Part shown: positions 15,555 to 23,652 of the stretch, in pieces | Layout: every line of letters starts with the position of its first letter | Numbering within the stretch: position 1 is the stretch's first letter | Source: Candidatus Saccharimonadota bacterium | GTDB taxonomy: Bacteria; Patescibacteriota; Gracilibacteria; UBA1369; 2-02-FULL-48-14 | Assembly (NCBI GenBank): GCA_041661045.1 | Contig: JBAZVE010000001.1 | Coordinates: 660,001 to 692,000, forward strand | DNA: 32,000 nt | Reading direction: 5' to 3' | Position numbers and translations under genes: made by a program | The notes under the pieces: generated by a model | Seen by the model: only the letters and a program-made list of their open reading frames with translations | Told to the model about the DNA's origin: nothing | Databases searched by the model: none

Positions 15555-16655
15555 TCAGGCCCTTTGATCCAAGGTGAGCATGCTTTCAATTACAGGTACT
15601 ATCACTTCGGTTTGCAAGAGGCTTTCTGGGCCATCGATGATCGGGAAAATGTACTGAGGCATGTAGTAAGTTTTTCCATTTTGGAAATCTGTCACACTGC
15701 CGTACACGAGCGTTGGAGTGCCAATGGAAACTTCAATAGTTTCTATGCCTTCCATGGAATCAAAAGGAAAGCTCCCTCCCAAGCTTGCCGCATCTAAAAT
15801 GGCTTGGTTATTTTGTGCGGTGGCATATTCTGAACTTAGATATTCGGGTGCATGGAGCCAAAAGGACAAGACTTCTTTTTGACTCATGTCTATGGATACA
15901 AAGAAGAGCATAGGATCCAAGGCTTCGTTTACAATCTGGTTGCAATTCATGGTCACTACCTTTTTTCCTTCTTCGTAATACCATTTGCGTTGCTCGGATA
16001 AATTCAAATCTAAGTCGTGTTCTTTCAAAAACTCATCCAAAATGATATTCAAAGCATCTTCACTCAAGACCTCTTCATCAGAAATCGGATCAGCAAGGCT
16101 GCAGTTTTCTTCGGTGCAGGATTCAAGTGCTTGAACATAGCTTGGGCTCTCTAGAGTGATGTTCCCAAATCCAAAGGTTTCTTCGCTTCTTCTCCAATCT
16201 CCAAGGCCTTTGCTTTCAAGGTAAGTATTGGTTTCTTCGGCTGTCATGGCTATTGGGGCGTACACCGGCATGGTTTCGGACAAAGAAGGAAGGTCGCCCC
16301 CGGTGTAATTGAAGCTGTAGTTTATGGTTTGGGCTTCACCGCCGCCTCCAAAACCATTTGAAATTTGGAATGAAAGAGGGCCAAAAGCATTGGGATCCAG
16401 GCTGACTGCGAAGTCCTCGAAGGCGATATCGGTAGAATTTTCTTCTTTGCTTAGTTGCATGGCAACAAAGGGTGTGAGTATTAGGAGCAGAGCAAAGCCT
16501 GCGAATACAGTGGGTTTCATGAAAAATAATTGTGAAAAAGAATAAGGGGATTTGATGCGTTGATAGAGGTTTTTTTGGAAAGACTTGTCCCAAGCCACTT
16601 TTGGTTTTGAGGCTTTTAGAAGCGCTTCCAATTTTTCCTGAGGATTTTTATTCAT
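15555..16655 (-). CDS. membrane-anchored protein translationally coupled to an ECF sigma factor (putative anti-sigma/partner)
   Basis: 366 aa. A short cytoplasmic N-terminus precedes one TM helix (VFAGFALLLILTPFVAMQL) and a large extracytoplasmic domain with no known motif. Its start overlaps the sigma-factor stop by 8 nt (16648-16655). There is no HxxxCxxC zinc anti-sigma motif. Confidence 0.7.
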   Translation of the reverse strand: MNKNPQEKLEALLKASKPKVAWDKSFQKNLYQRIKSPYSFSQLFFMKPTVFAGFALLLILTPFVAMQLSKEENSTDIAFEDFAVSLDPNAFGPLSFQISNGFGGGGEAQTINYSFNYTGGDLPSLSETMPVYAPIAMTAEETNTYLESKGLGDWRRSEETFGFGNITLESPSYVQALESCTEENCSLADPISDEEVLSEDALNIILDEFLKEHDLDLNLSEQRKWYYEEGKKVVTMNCNQIVNEALDPMLFFVSIDMSQKEVLSFWLHAPEYLSSEYATAQNNQAILDAASLGGSFPFDSMEGIETIEVSIGTPTLVYGSVTDFQNGKTYYMPQYIFPIIDGPESLLQTEVIVPVIESMLTLDQRA

Positions 16656-17148
16656 AGTTTCTTAATTGTGTTAAGGCTCTTGAGTAGGTCATCTTGAGGC
16701 TCGCTTCACTTTTACCTGTAATTTCTGCGATTTCTTGGTAAGAGAGCTCGTCCCAGAGTCGCATAAGAATGAGGCTCCGCGCATCTTTGGGTAGAGTGCT
16801 CAACAGTGCCCTCAACTCTTTATTTTCTTCGTTGGCAATGATGCTTTCAAGAATCATTTCTTCGGAAGGGACTTCTTCTGCCGCTTCCAAGTCTACCGAG
16901 GCTCGCGTTTTTCTAAAATGGTCGATAAGTGTGTTTCGAGCAATGGTGTAGAGCCATGTTTTAACGCTGGCTTTTGTGGGATCAAAATGCTCAAAGTTCT
17001 CAAATCCTTTTAAGAAGGTTTGACTGGTGAGATCTTCCGCTGTTTGTCGATCATTTACTCGATAGTAAATAAACGAATAAATTTTAGGGAAGAGATCTTG
17101 GTAGTGCGCACTAAATGTTTGCATGTTCAATTTGGAATTCCACTGCAT
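16648..17148 (-). CDS. RNA polymerase sigma factor, ECF (sigma-70 group 4) family
   Basis: Region 2 (IYSFIYYRVNDRQTAEDLTSQTFLKGF...WLYTIARNTLIDHFRK) and the region 4 HTH (LSYQEIAEITGKSEASLKMTYSRALTQLR) are present. On the minus strand a perfect TATAAT (17152-17147) overlaps the first ATG (17148), so the true start may be the second ATG at 17124 (MQTFSAHYQ...). Confidence 0.88.
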   Translation of the reverse strand: MQWNSKLNMQTFSAHYQDLFPKIYSFIYYRVNDRQTAEDLTSQTFLKGFENFEHFDPTKASVKTWLYTIARNTLIDHFRKTRASVDLEAAEEVPSEEMILESIIANEENKELRALLSTLPKDARSLILMRLWDELSYQEIAEITGKSEASLKMTYSRALTQLRNYE

Positions 17149-17183
17149 TATACGGTGGGCGCATCAAAAGGTAACAAGAATCT

Positions 17184-18209
17184 TTAAGCTTCTCGGCTCG
17201 CCATGTAGGAGGCAAGGTCTAGGCAGCGGACGGAATAGCCCCATTCGTTGTCGTACCAAGCAAGGATTTTTACGAGATTGCCTTTTTTGCCGAGCACTTG
17301 AGTTTCGAGCGAATCGAAGATGCTGGAACGGGGATCCATTTTGAAGTCGGCGGAAACCAGTGGAGCTTCGCAGTAACCTAGGATGCCTTTCATCTCTCCT
17401 TCGGATGCGGCTTTCATGGCGGCATTCACTTCTTCGGCGGTCACTTCACGGTCGAGTTCTGCGGTGAGGTCCACCAAAGAAACCACGGGGGTGGGAACAC
17501 GAATCGCGATGCCATGGAATTTGCCCGTGAGCTCCGGCAGCACCAGTCCGATGGCTTTTGCGGCTCCGGTGGAAGTGGGAATCATGCTGAGATTGGCGGA
17601 ACGGGCCCGGCGCAAATCTTTGTGTTCGTTGTCGAGCAGATTTTGGTCGTTGGTGTACGAATGGATGGTGGTCATGAGGCCTCGTTTCACTCCAAATGTT
17701 TTGCTGAGCACCTTTGCAACCGGCGCGAGACAGTTGGTGGTGCAGCTGGCGTTGGAAATAATGAAATCTTTTGAAGGGTCGTAGTCGGTGTGGTTCACGC
17801 CCATTACCAGGGTGTGGTCGATTTCATCTTTTGCCGGAGCGGAAATCATGACGCGCTTTGCGCCTGCTTTTAAATGTTTTCCTGCTCCTTCTTTTGTGGT
17901 GAAGGCTCCGGTGCATTCAATCACCAAATCGATATTGAGGTCCTTCCAGGGGAGTTGTTCAGGGTCACGGTTTTGGACGAGCGTTACTTCTTGCACTTTG
18001 CCATCGGGGTGGGTGATGACGAGTTTGCCGGGCTCTCCTTTTACTTCCATGGGGAGAATCCCGTAGCTAGAATCATATTTGAGCAAGTGTGCGGTTTGCA
18101 CGGGGTCGCCCAAATCGTTTACGGCGACAATATCAATTTTGGGATCCATTAAATTGGCGCGAAAGACCATGCGTCCTATTCGGCCAAAACCATTTATGGC
18201 AACTCGCAT
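17184..18209 (-). CDS. gap: glyceraldehyde-3-phosphate dehydrogenase, type I
   Basis: 341 aa. Has the N-terminal Rossmann motif INGFGRIGR and the active-site signature SNASCTTNCLAP, and ends with WYDNEWGYS. Confidence 0.96.
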   Translation of the reverse strand: MRVAINGFGRIGRMVFRANLMDPKIDIVAVNDLGDPVQTAHLLKYDSSYGILPMEVKGEPGKLVITHPDGKVQEVTLVQNRDPEQLPWKDLNIDLVIECTGAFTTKEGAGKHLKAGAKRVMISAPAKDEIDHTLVMGVNHTDYDPSKDFIISNASCTTNCLAPVAKVLSKTFGVKRGLMTTIHSYTNDQNLLDNEHKDLRRARSANLSMIPTSTGAAKAIGLVLPELTGKFHGIAIRVPTPVVSLVDLTAELDREVTAEEVNAAMKAASEGEMKGILGYCEAPLVSADFKMDPRSSIFDSLETQVLGKKGNLVKILAWYDNEWGYSVRCLDLASYMASREA

Positions 18210-18258
18210 TGGGGAAGGAGGTTAGTTGATCGCGCCCAGTATAATGACTGAGAAGGGC

Positions 18259-19524
18259 TTAGGGAAGTCGTAAAACTTCCGGGGGTTCACGGTGCTGTTG
18301 AGCGATGCTCATGTAGTTGGAAAACAACCACTTCTCTTCTTGGGAGCCGTCTTGCAGCGTGGTCTTAACTTTCCACGCCATTTGTCCGATTCCCAGTTCT
18401 CCCACAGCGGCCCGACTTTCTTCCGTTTGATTGCTGGCGGTGTAAGGGCCTATGAACTCGGTGCTGCGTCCATCGTCTTCTCCAAAAAAGCGTACAACGG
18501 CGTCTTCATCTCCTTCTTCTTGGGCCACCATCAGTATAGTGTTGGGCGTGTTGTTCACGAACTTCAAGTCTTGTTCGCCGGGGAACACGGTTGCGTCAAT
18601 CCCGTCTCCATAATCCTCATAATAAATAATGTAGAGACTGTGGTTGCGTTGCTCGGTGATTTCCAGGCCCGCGTCCAACGCGGCACGATAAATGGTGGTG
18701 GAGATTTGGCAGACGCCACCCGCGGGCGCTCGCTCCAACTGGGTGCCTTTAAAAATGGTGTAGGCCTGCTTCCATCCTCCATATTCAATGGGCCCGAGCC
18801 ATTCAACATAAGAAAATTCGGCTCCCGGTGGGATAAGGATGGCGTTGAATTTTTCGTTCAGCGCTTTGCGAACATTGAAAGCACGATCCGGTGACGAGCC
18901 ACTGAATTTGGAACGGCCCTGTGCTAAAAGCTCCAGAGGACCCAGGTCTTTGCCCGTTTGATTGATGATTTTTCCCTCCACTTTTCTCAGCACGGCGGTG
19001 CTTTCATTTTCTCCTTTTTGGAGAGCGGCCTCAATCATTTGTTCCGTGAGGTTCTGCACTACTTCTCGTCCATCCACGATTTTTCCCTCAAATTCCGCAC
19101 GGCTGACCTTTGTTTCATCAGCGCTCAGGAGCGTCATGTTTTCTGCGGGCTCCGCCACCTGCGCGTTGAGCGAATCGATCATAAAGTCCATGAACTCCGT
19201 GGAAAAGTTCAGCCCTGTGCCTTGCTCTGTTTTTGTGAGGATGATGTCTTTGCTCTGAGCGGGGAAGGCGTAAGATGCTTCATCCACTTTAATGTGAAAG
19301 CCTTCGGTGAGTAGTTCTTGAATGAGTGATTCTTGGCTTTTCAAATCCTCTGTTTGAATGGGGGTGTGTTCCTCTTCTATGGAAAGAAGACTCACAAAGG
19401 CCTCGTTGAAAGCGGGGAAGGAGGGTGAAATCTCTTCTTGGCCACTTCCCTTCACACTTGTACCAAAGAAAAGCACGGTTAGGAGGACAAGGCTCAAGGA
19501 TGCGGAAAAAAGTTGTTTTTGCAT
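18259..19524 (-). CDS. VanW family protein (secreted or membrane-anchored)
   Basis: 421 aa. Has an N-terminal signal/anchor (LSLVLLTVLFFGTSVKG). The VanW-domain core is PPGAEFSYVEWLGPI...GGVCQISTTIYRAALDAGLEITEQRNHS. Confidence 0.85.
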   Translation of the reverse strand: MQKQLFSASLSLVLLTVLFFGTSVKGSGQEEISPSFPAFNEAFVSLLSIEEEHTPIQTEDLKSQESLIQELLTEGFHIKVDEASYAFPAQSKDIILTKTEQGTGLNFSTEFMDFMIDSLNAQVAEPAENMTLLSADETKVSRAEFEGKIVDGREVVQNLTEQMIEAALQKGENESTAVLRKVEGKIINQTGKDLGPLELLAQGRSKFSGSSPDRAFNVRKALNEKFNAILIPPGAEFSYVEWLGPIEYGGWKQAYTIFKGTQLERAPAGGVCQISTTIYRAALDAGLEITEQRNHSLYIIYYEDYGDGIDATVFPGEQDLKFVNNTPNTILMVAQEEGDEDAVVRFFGEDDGRSTEFIGPYTASNQTEESRAAVGELGIGQMAWKVKTTLQDGSQEEKWLFSNYMSIAQQHREPPEVLRLP

Positions 19525-19575
19525 GGAGTGGTGGTGAGCCTAGCTTAAGAGATTTTCTGTCTAGGAGCAACTTTT

Positions 19576-19592
19576 GGTGTAGAATTCGCCTA
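19576..19592 (+). promoter_or_regulatory. promoter element of tsaC: GGTG-TAGAAT-TCGCCT-A(TG), with the -10 ending 6 nt before the ATG
   Basis: TAGAAT at 19580-19585 is followed by TCGCCT and ATG at 19592. The -35 is poor. The 17-mer GGTGTAGAATTCGCCTA recurs with one mismatch at 24564-24580. Confidence 0.45.
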
Positions 19593-20167
19593 TGAAAGAA
19601 AGAGATCAAACTTTATTGGATGCGGTTAAGGCGCTTCATCAAGGCTTGGTGGTGGCGCATGCCACCGAAACTTGTTATGGCCTTGCGGCGGATATTTTTC
19701 AAAAGGTGGCACTTGAGAAGCTTTACTCTTTAAAGAAGATGCCGCGGGATAAACCGGTGAGCGTTTTGGTGCGAGATTTGGAGGAGGCGGAGCGGTATGG
19801 CGAATTTTCCGCCGTGGCGATTGAGCTTGCGCTCAAGTATTGGCCCGGACCCCTCACTATTATTGTGCCGCGCAAGGTTGCTTTGCCCAAGCTGGTGAAT
19901 TTCGGTCAATCTACCGTGGGTTTTCGCGTGAGTTCCAATAAAAAGACCCGTCAGCTTTTGGAGGCTTTTGGAGGCCCACTCACCACAACGAGTGCCAATA
20001 TTCATGGGCAGCCCCAGGCCTATTCCGTTCAAGAAATGCTGGATCAAGGACTCGTGCCTGATTTTGTTTTGGACAGCGGGCGCATTGGTGAAAATCCCCC
20101 TTCTACCATTGTGGAAGTGATGGGGGATGAGGTGCGAGTGGTGAGGCAGGGAGGTCTTAAGATTTAG
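19592..20167 (+). CDS. tsaC: L-threonylcarbamoyladenylate synthase (YrdC/TsaC family)
   Basis: 191 aa, YrdC-domain only. Motifs present: ATETCYGLAAD, WPGPLTIIV and TTTSANIHGQP. Confidence 0.88.
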   Translation: MKERDQTLLDAVKALHQGLVVAHATETCYGLAADIFQKVALEKLYSLKKMPRDKPVSVLVRDLEEAERYGEFSAVAIELALKYWPGPLTIIVPRKVALPKLVNFGQSTVGFRVSSNKKTRQLLEAFGGPLTTTSANIHGQPQAYSVQEMLDQGLVPDFVLDSGRIGENPPSTIVEVMGDEVRVVRQGGLKI

Positions 20168-20654
20168 CTTTCACCAACAACAGCACTCCTTCCGTTCCAA
20201 ACATTACAAGGAGGCCGGTTACAATAAGTCCTGCGGTCATGATGAGCGCGGCTTTTTTGCGGGGGATGCCAAAGACGAAGGCGATGAGGGCGCCGGTCCA
20301 ACCGCCGCTTCCTGGGGTGGGGATGGCAATGTATGTGAAGAGGGCTAGGTGGCCAAGCTCACTGATCCCTTTGGAATATTTAAGTTGAGTTCTTTTAAAG
20401 AGCCAGTCGAAGAAACGGTCAAAGATTTTGAAGTGTTTTCGAAGGACTAAGGCGATGGATTCTAAAAACACCAGCAAGAACGAGGCCATGGTGATGCAGC
20501 CGGTCGTGCCCGCCACAAAGGCGACCCAGGGGTTCATGTCCAAAACCGTTACGCCAAATATGATAGCTCCTTGCAACTCTGTGATGGGGAGCATGGCCAT
20601 AAAGAACACAATAATGGGGTCCGGGATGACTTGAATGAGTTCAGAAAAAGGCAT
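20157..20654 (-). CDS. small membrane protein, COG2426 / putative small multidrug export family
   Basis: 165 aa, multi-pass. Contains PITELQGAIIFG and PTPGSGGWTGALIAFVFG, which match my recollection of the conserved PxxELRGxIP and PxPGTGxWTGA blocks of that family. The family assignment is not verified. Its 3' end overlaps tsaC by 11 nt. Confidence 0.65.
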   Translation of the reverse strand: MPFSELIQVIPDPIIVFFMAMLPITELQGAIIFGVTVLDMNPWVAFVAGTTGCITMASFLLVFLESIALVLRKHFKIFDRFFDWLFKRTQLKYSKGISELGHLALFTYIAIPTPGSGGWTGALIAFVFGIPRKKAALIMTAGLIVTGLLVMFGTEGVLLLVKAKS

Positions 20655-20661
20655 GAGGGGC

Positions 20662-20691
20662 TTGGCGAAGGTGGGCCTAATATGCTATACT
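20662..20691 (+). promoter_or_regulatory. candidate extended -10 promoter TTGGCG-18 nt-(TGC)TATACT for the 73-aa membrane protein gene
   Basis: TTGGCG at 20662-20667, TG at 20683-20684, TATACT at 20686-20691, and ATG at 20714. Confidence 0.4.
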
Positions 20692-20713
20692 TTTAGGATT
20701 AAATAAATACCAA

Positions 20714-20935
20714 ATGGCTAGGATCACTAAAAAAAAGAAAAGTCCGTCTGCATACTTCTTTAGTATTGTGCTCACCGCTACCGCAGTGGTCTTTTTTTGG
20801 AGGGGAATTTGGGGGCTTACGGATGCATTCCTGTTTCCCAATAACTCTCTTTTGAGTTACGCCGTCTCCATAGGGCTGGGGCTCTTTATTTTGTGGGTTG
20901 ATGACTGGCGTATTTCTGAATTGGAGCACCACTAG
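20714..20935 (+). CDS. hypothetical small membrane protein (two TM helices)
   Basis: 73 aa. A basic N-terminus (MARITKKKKS) precedes two hydrophobic helices (YFFSIVLTATAVVFFWRGIWGL and LLSYAVSIGLGLFILWV). Confidence 0.6.
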   Translation: MARITKKKKSPSAYFFSIVLTATAVVFFWRGIWGLTDAFLFPNNSLLSYAVSIGLGLFILWVDDWRISELEHH

Positions 20936-20954
20936 TAGGCTGAGTAAAGGCTCA

Positions 20955-20983
20955 CCACCACTGCTTGTGTCTGGCGGTTTTTT
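20955..20983 (+). terminator. candidate rho-independent terminator after the 73-aa gene
   Basis: CCACCA (20955-20960) and TGGCGG (20972-20977) form a 6-bp stem with one mismatch and an 11-nt loop, followed by TTTTTT (20978-20983). Confidence 0.35.
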
Positions 20984-21203
20984 GGGCTACAAAGCGGGCC
21001 CACTGTATAAAATTGTTATGCAATCACTTTCGCCGTTTAGCAAGCAAAACTTATTGAAAACTCTGACCCCCATTTAACAGGTTATTTTTTAGTAAATTGC
21101 GAGGACTTGTGCATAAGTTTTGTGTGCATCAAAACTGTCATTCTATACATTATTCTTGACGATTGTTTTGAGGGGGCCTAGCGTTGACTCACTTTCTTAA
21201 TTC

Positions 21204-22154
21204 GTGCAAAAAACTTATTCAGGCACAGAAACCGCTCATCAGCCCGTCCTCCTCAAAGAGACGCTGGAGCATCTGAGCTTGAAACCGGGGCAGGTTGCCG
21301 TGGATTGCACGCTTGGACTTGGAGGCCACGCCAGCGAGATCTTAAAAGCCATTGGGCCAAAAGGATTTCTCTACGCCTTCGAGCGAGATGAAAGAAACTT
21401 GAAGCTTGCTGAAAAGCGGCTCTCAGCCATCGGAAAGAATTTTAAAATCTTTCACGATTCGTTCAGTTCTTTGAAAGATCGGCTCAGGGGGGAAGGGGTA
21501 TCTCTCGTAGATGCTATTCTCTTTGATCTTGGACTCTCGTCCCCACATGTGGACGACGCCGACCGCGGTTTTTCTTTCTTAAAGGAAGGACCGCTCGACA
21601 TGCGCTTTGATGCTTCAAGCGGTAAAACCGCTGCTGACCTGCTCAACTCTTCAACCGAAGAAGAGCTGGCCGACATCTTCTACCATTATGGTGAAGAACG
21701 GTTCTCCCGTAAGCTCGCCAAAGCCGTGGTCCTCGATCGTAAAAAGGAACCTTTCCACTCAACTACGCAGTTCGCGGCCTTTGTAGAGCGCGTGCTGGGA
21801 AGAGGGAAGCCCGGGTATCACCGAGCAACTCAAATCTTTCAAGCGCTTCGCATTGCCGTCAATGAGGAACTTATGGCCCTGGAGCTTGGTCTCAATCAAG
21901 CGATTGAGCTTTTAGCTCCTCACGGACGCGTGGTTGTGCTCAGTTACCACTCTCTTGAAGATCGCTTTGTTAAGCAGACCTTCAAGCAACTCGCCACAGA
22001 CCTCCGCGATCCGAATGACATCTATGGCCGTAGAGTCCTAAGGTCGAAGAGCCTTTCCCTCCTGAATAAAAAGCCGATCCGACCTTCCGATGAGGAGGTC
22101 AAATCTAATTCCCGTGCTCGCAGCGCTTTGCTCCGAGCGGCACAAAAATCTTAA
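21204..22154 (+). CDS. rsmH: 16S rRNA (cytosine1402-N4)-methyltransferase RsmH (MraW)
   Basis: 316 aa. The start is GTG at 21204, because an in-frame TAA at 21198-21200 rules out anything further upstream. Motifs present: HQPVLLKETLEHL, DCTLGLGGHA, DLGLSSPHVD and SYHSLEDR. Confidence 0.93.
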   Translation: MQKTYSGTETAHQPVLLKETLEHLSLKPGQVAVDCTLGLGGHASEILKAIGPKGFLYAFERDERNLKLAEKRLSAIGKNFKIFHDSFSSLKDRLRGEGVSLVDAILFDLGLSSPHVDDADRGFSFLKEGPLDMRFDASSGKTAADLLNSSTEEELADIFYHYGEERFSRKLAKAVVLDRKKEPFHSTTQFAAFVERVLGRGKPGYHRATQIFQALRIAVNEELMALELGLNQAIELLAPHGRVVVLSYHSLEDRFVKQTFKQLATDLRDPNDIYGRRVLRSKSLSLLNKKPIRPSDEEVKSNSRARSALLRAAQKS

Positions 22155-22156
22155 CT

Positions 22157-22507
22157 ATGTCTCGACTCATTTCTTCATTTCACAGCCTATTCCTCCGCAA
22201 CGAAAAGCTCAGCATGATCTCGCTTGGAGGAGTGGTGGGACTTTCGCTTCTGGCCATGGGAATCGTTTCCTTGACCTCGCTCAATGATAAAGCCATGAAA
22301 GGATATTTGCTCAACAAACTTGAGAATGAGCGACAAGAATTGGTTTCGGATGGAGAAATAACCGAGATGCTCACGCTTCGTGCTCGCAGCATGAATACCG
22401 TGGAAGAGCAAGTGACCCATATGGTGAAACCTGCTGTTATTGATTACATCATGCCGATGAATACCGTGGCTCAAACAGGTGGACCCGAAGGGTCTGCTCG
22501 GCAATAA
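22157..22507 (+). CDS. FtsL-like cell division protein (single TM plus coiled coil); assignment by position and topology
   Basis: 116 aa, starting 2 nt after the rsmH stop. One TM helix (ISLGGVVGLSLLAMGIVSL) is followed by a short coiled-coil-like segment (YLLNKLENERQEL). This is the position FtsL occupies after rsmH in dcw clusters. Confidence 0.6.
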   Translation: MSRLISSFHSLFLRNEKLSMISLGGVVGLSLLAMGIVSLTSLNDKAMKGYLLNKLENERQELVSDGEITEMLTLRARSMNTVEEQVTHMVKPAVIDYIMPMNTVAQTGGPEGSARQ

Positions 22508-22547
22508 ACTATGAAACCCTAAAGGGGTTAAGGGGAAATCCATAAAG

Positions 22548-22570
22548 CCTTCCAGTGATGGGAGGTTTTA
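22548..22570 (+). terminator. candidate rho-independent terminator after the rsmH-ftsL pair
   Basis: CCTTCC (22548-22553), loop AGTGAT, GGGAGG (22560-22565, one G-U pair), then TTTTAT (22566-22571). Confidence 0.4.
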
Positions 22571-22613
22571 TGTATAGTCGTGGTGTATTTTACCCTTCTT
22601 TTTAACCTTCATT

Positions 22614-23636
22614 ATGAATTTAGAACTGCTCAAACAAACCGCTCAAGCCATGGTCGCTCCCGGTAAAGGAGTTTTGGCCATTGATGAAAGTACCGGCACT
22701 TGTAAAAAGCGCTTTGAGGCGCTTGGGGTGGAGTGCAGTGAGGAAACACGCAGAGAATACCGTGAGCTTTTGGTGACCGCGCCTGAGATTGAACAGGCCA
22801 TCAGTGGAATGATTTTGTATGATGAAACGCTTCGTCAATCCACCAAGGATGGGCGCCGTTTTGTGGATGTTTTGAAAGAGAAAGGGATGATTCCGGGGAT
22901 TAAAGTGGATACGGGGGCCAAGGATTTGGCTCTGCACAGTGGCGAACAAGTCACCGAGGGTCTCGATGGCCTACGGGAAAGGTTGGCCGAATACCACGCG
23001 CTGGGGGCTCAGTTTGCCAAGTGGCGAGCGGTGATCAATATCAGTGATTCTTTGCCGAGCCGTGCATGCATCAAGGCCAATGCTCATGCACTGGCTCGTT
23101 ATGCGGCGCTTTGCCAAGAAGCGGACATTGTTCCCATGGTGGAGCCCGAAATGATGATGGAGGGATCTCACAGCATTGAGCGGGCGTATGAAGTCACAGC
23201 GCAGGTTTTAAGAGTTTTGTTTGAAGAACTTGCCGAGCAAGGCGTGGCGTTGGAGGGAACACTGTTGAAAGTGAGTATGGTGCTCGCCGGTAAAGATGCG
23301 GCAGTGCAATCGAGTGAGCAAGAAGTGGCGATGCAAACCGTGAAATGTCTCAAAGAAAATGTGCCCGCGAACATTGCTGGAGTGGTCTTTTTGTCCGGTG
23401 GACAGAGCGATGCAAAATCCACAGTGCATCTCAATCTAATGCATCAGCTGGGGGAAACTTTGCCTTGGCCCTTGAGTTTTTCTTACGGAAGAGGAATTCA
23501 GCAGCCGGCCCTCAAAGCATGGGCTGCAAATAGAGCGGGCACCGCGGAAGCACAAAAACTTTTGTTGCATCGTGCTCGCATGAATGGTCTCGCGGCGCAA
23601 GGAAAATACTCCTTGGAACTTGAGCAAACGGTTTAA
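22614..23636 (+). CDS. fba: fructose-bisphosphate aldolase, class I
   Basis: 340 aa. Has LAIDESTGTCKKRF and the Schiff-base lysine context GTLLKVSMVLAG (compare LLKPNMV), and shows overall class I glycolytic aldolase colinearity. Confidence 0.9.
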   Translation: MNLELLKQTAQAMVAPGKGVLAIDESTGTCKKRFEALGVECSEETRREYRELLVTAPEIEQAISGMILYDETLRQSTKDGRRFVDVLKEKGMIPGIKVDTGAKDLALHSGEQVTEGLDGLRERLAEYHALGAQFAKWRAVINISDSLPSRACIKANAHALARYAALCQEADIVPMVEPEMMMEGSHSIERAYEVTAQVLRVLFEELAEQGVALEGTLLKVSMVLAGKDAAVQSSEQEVAMQTVKCLKENVPANIAGVVFLSGGQSDAKSTVHLNLMHQLGETLPWPLSFSYGRGIQQPALKAWAANRAGTAEAQKLLLHRARMNGLAAQGKYSLELEQTV

Positions 23637-23652
23637 TTTTTACCCCTCTTTT

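Noticed and set aside
14443-16655. Reading the cyclase-like gene as a Pycsar/CBASS-type anti-phage signalling system
   Set aside because: There is no adjacent effector (TIR, TM-effector, nuclease, patatin or similar). The only neighbour is convergent and translationally coupled to an ECF sigma factor. I keep the cyclase-like call but not the defence-system interpretation.
19527-20962. 15-bp inverted repeat AGTGGTGGTGAGCCT (19527-19541) / AGGCTCACCACCACT (20948-20962) bracketing tsaC, the small export gene and the 73-aa gene; considered as possible mobile-element or invertible-segment ends
   Set aside because: By rough estimate, a 15-bp inverted match is expected about once by chance in 32 kb. 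One copy is the 5' UTR of the VanW gene, and the other overlaps the stem of a candidate terminator. There is no recombinase, no target-site duplication, and housekeeping tsaC lies inside the bracketed segment.
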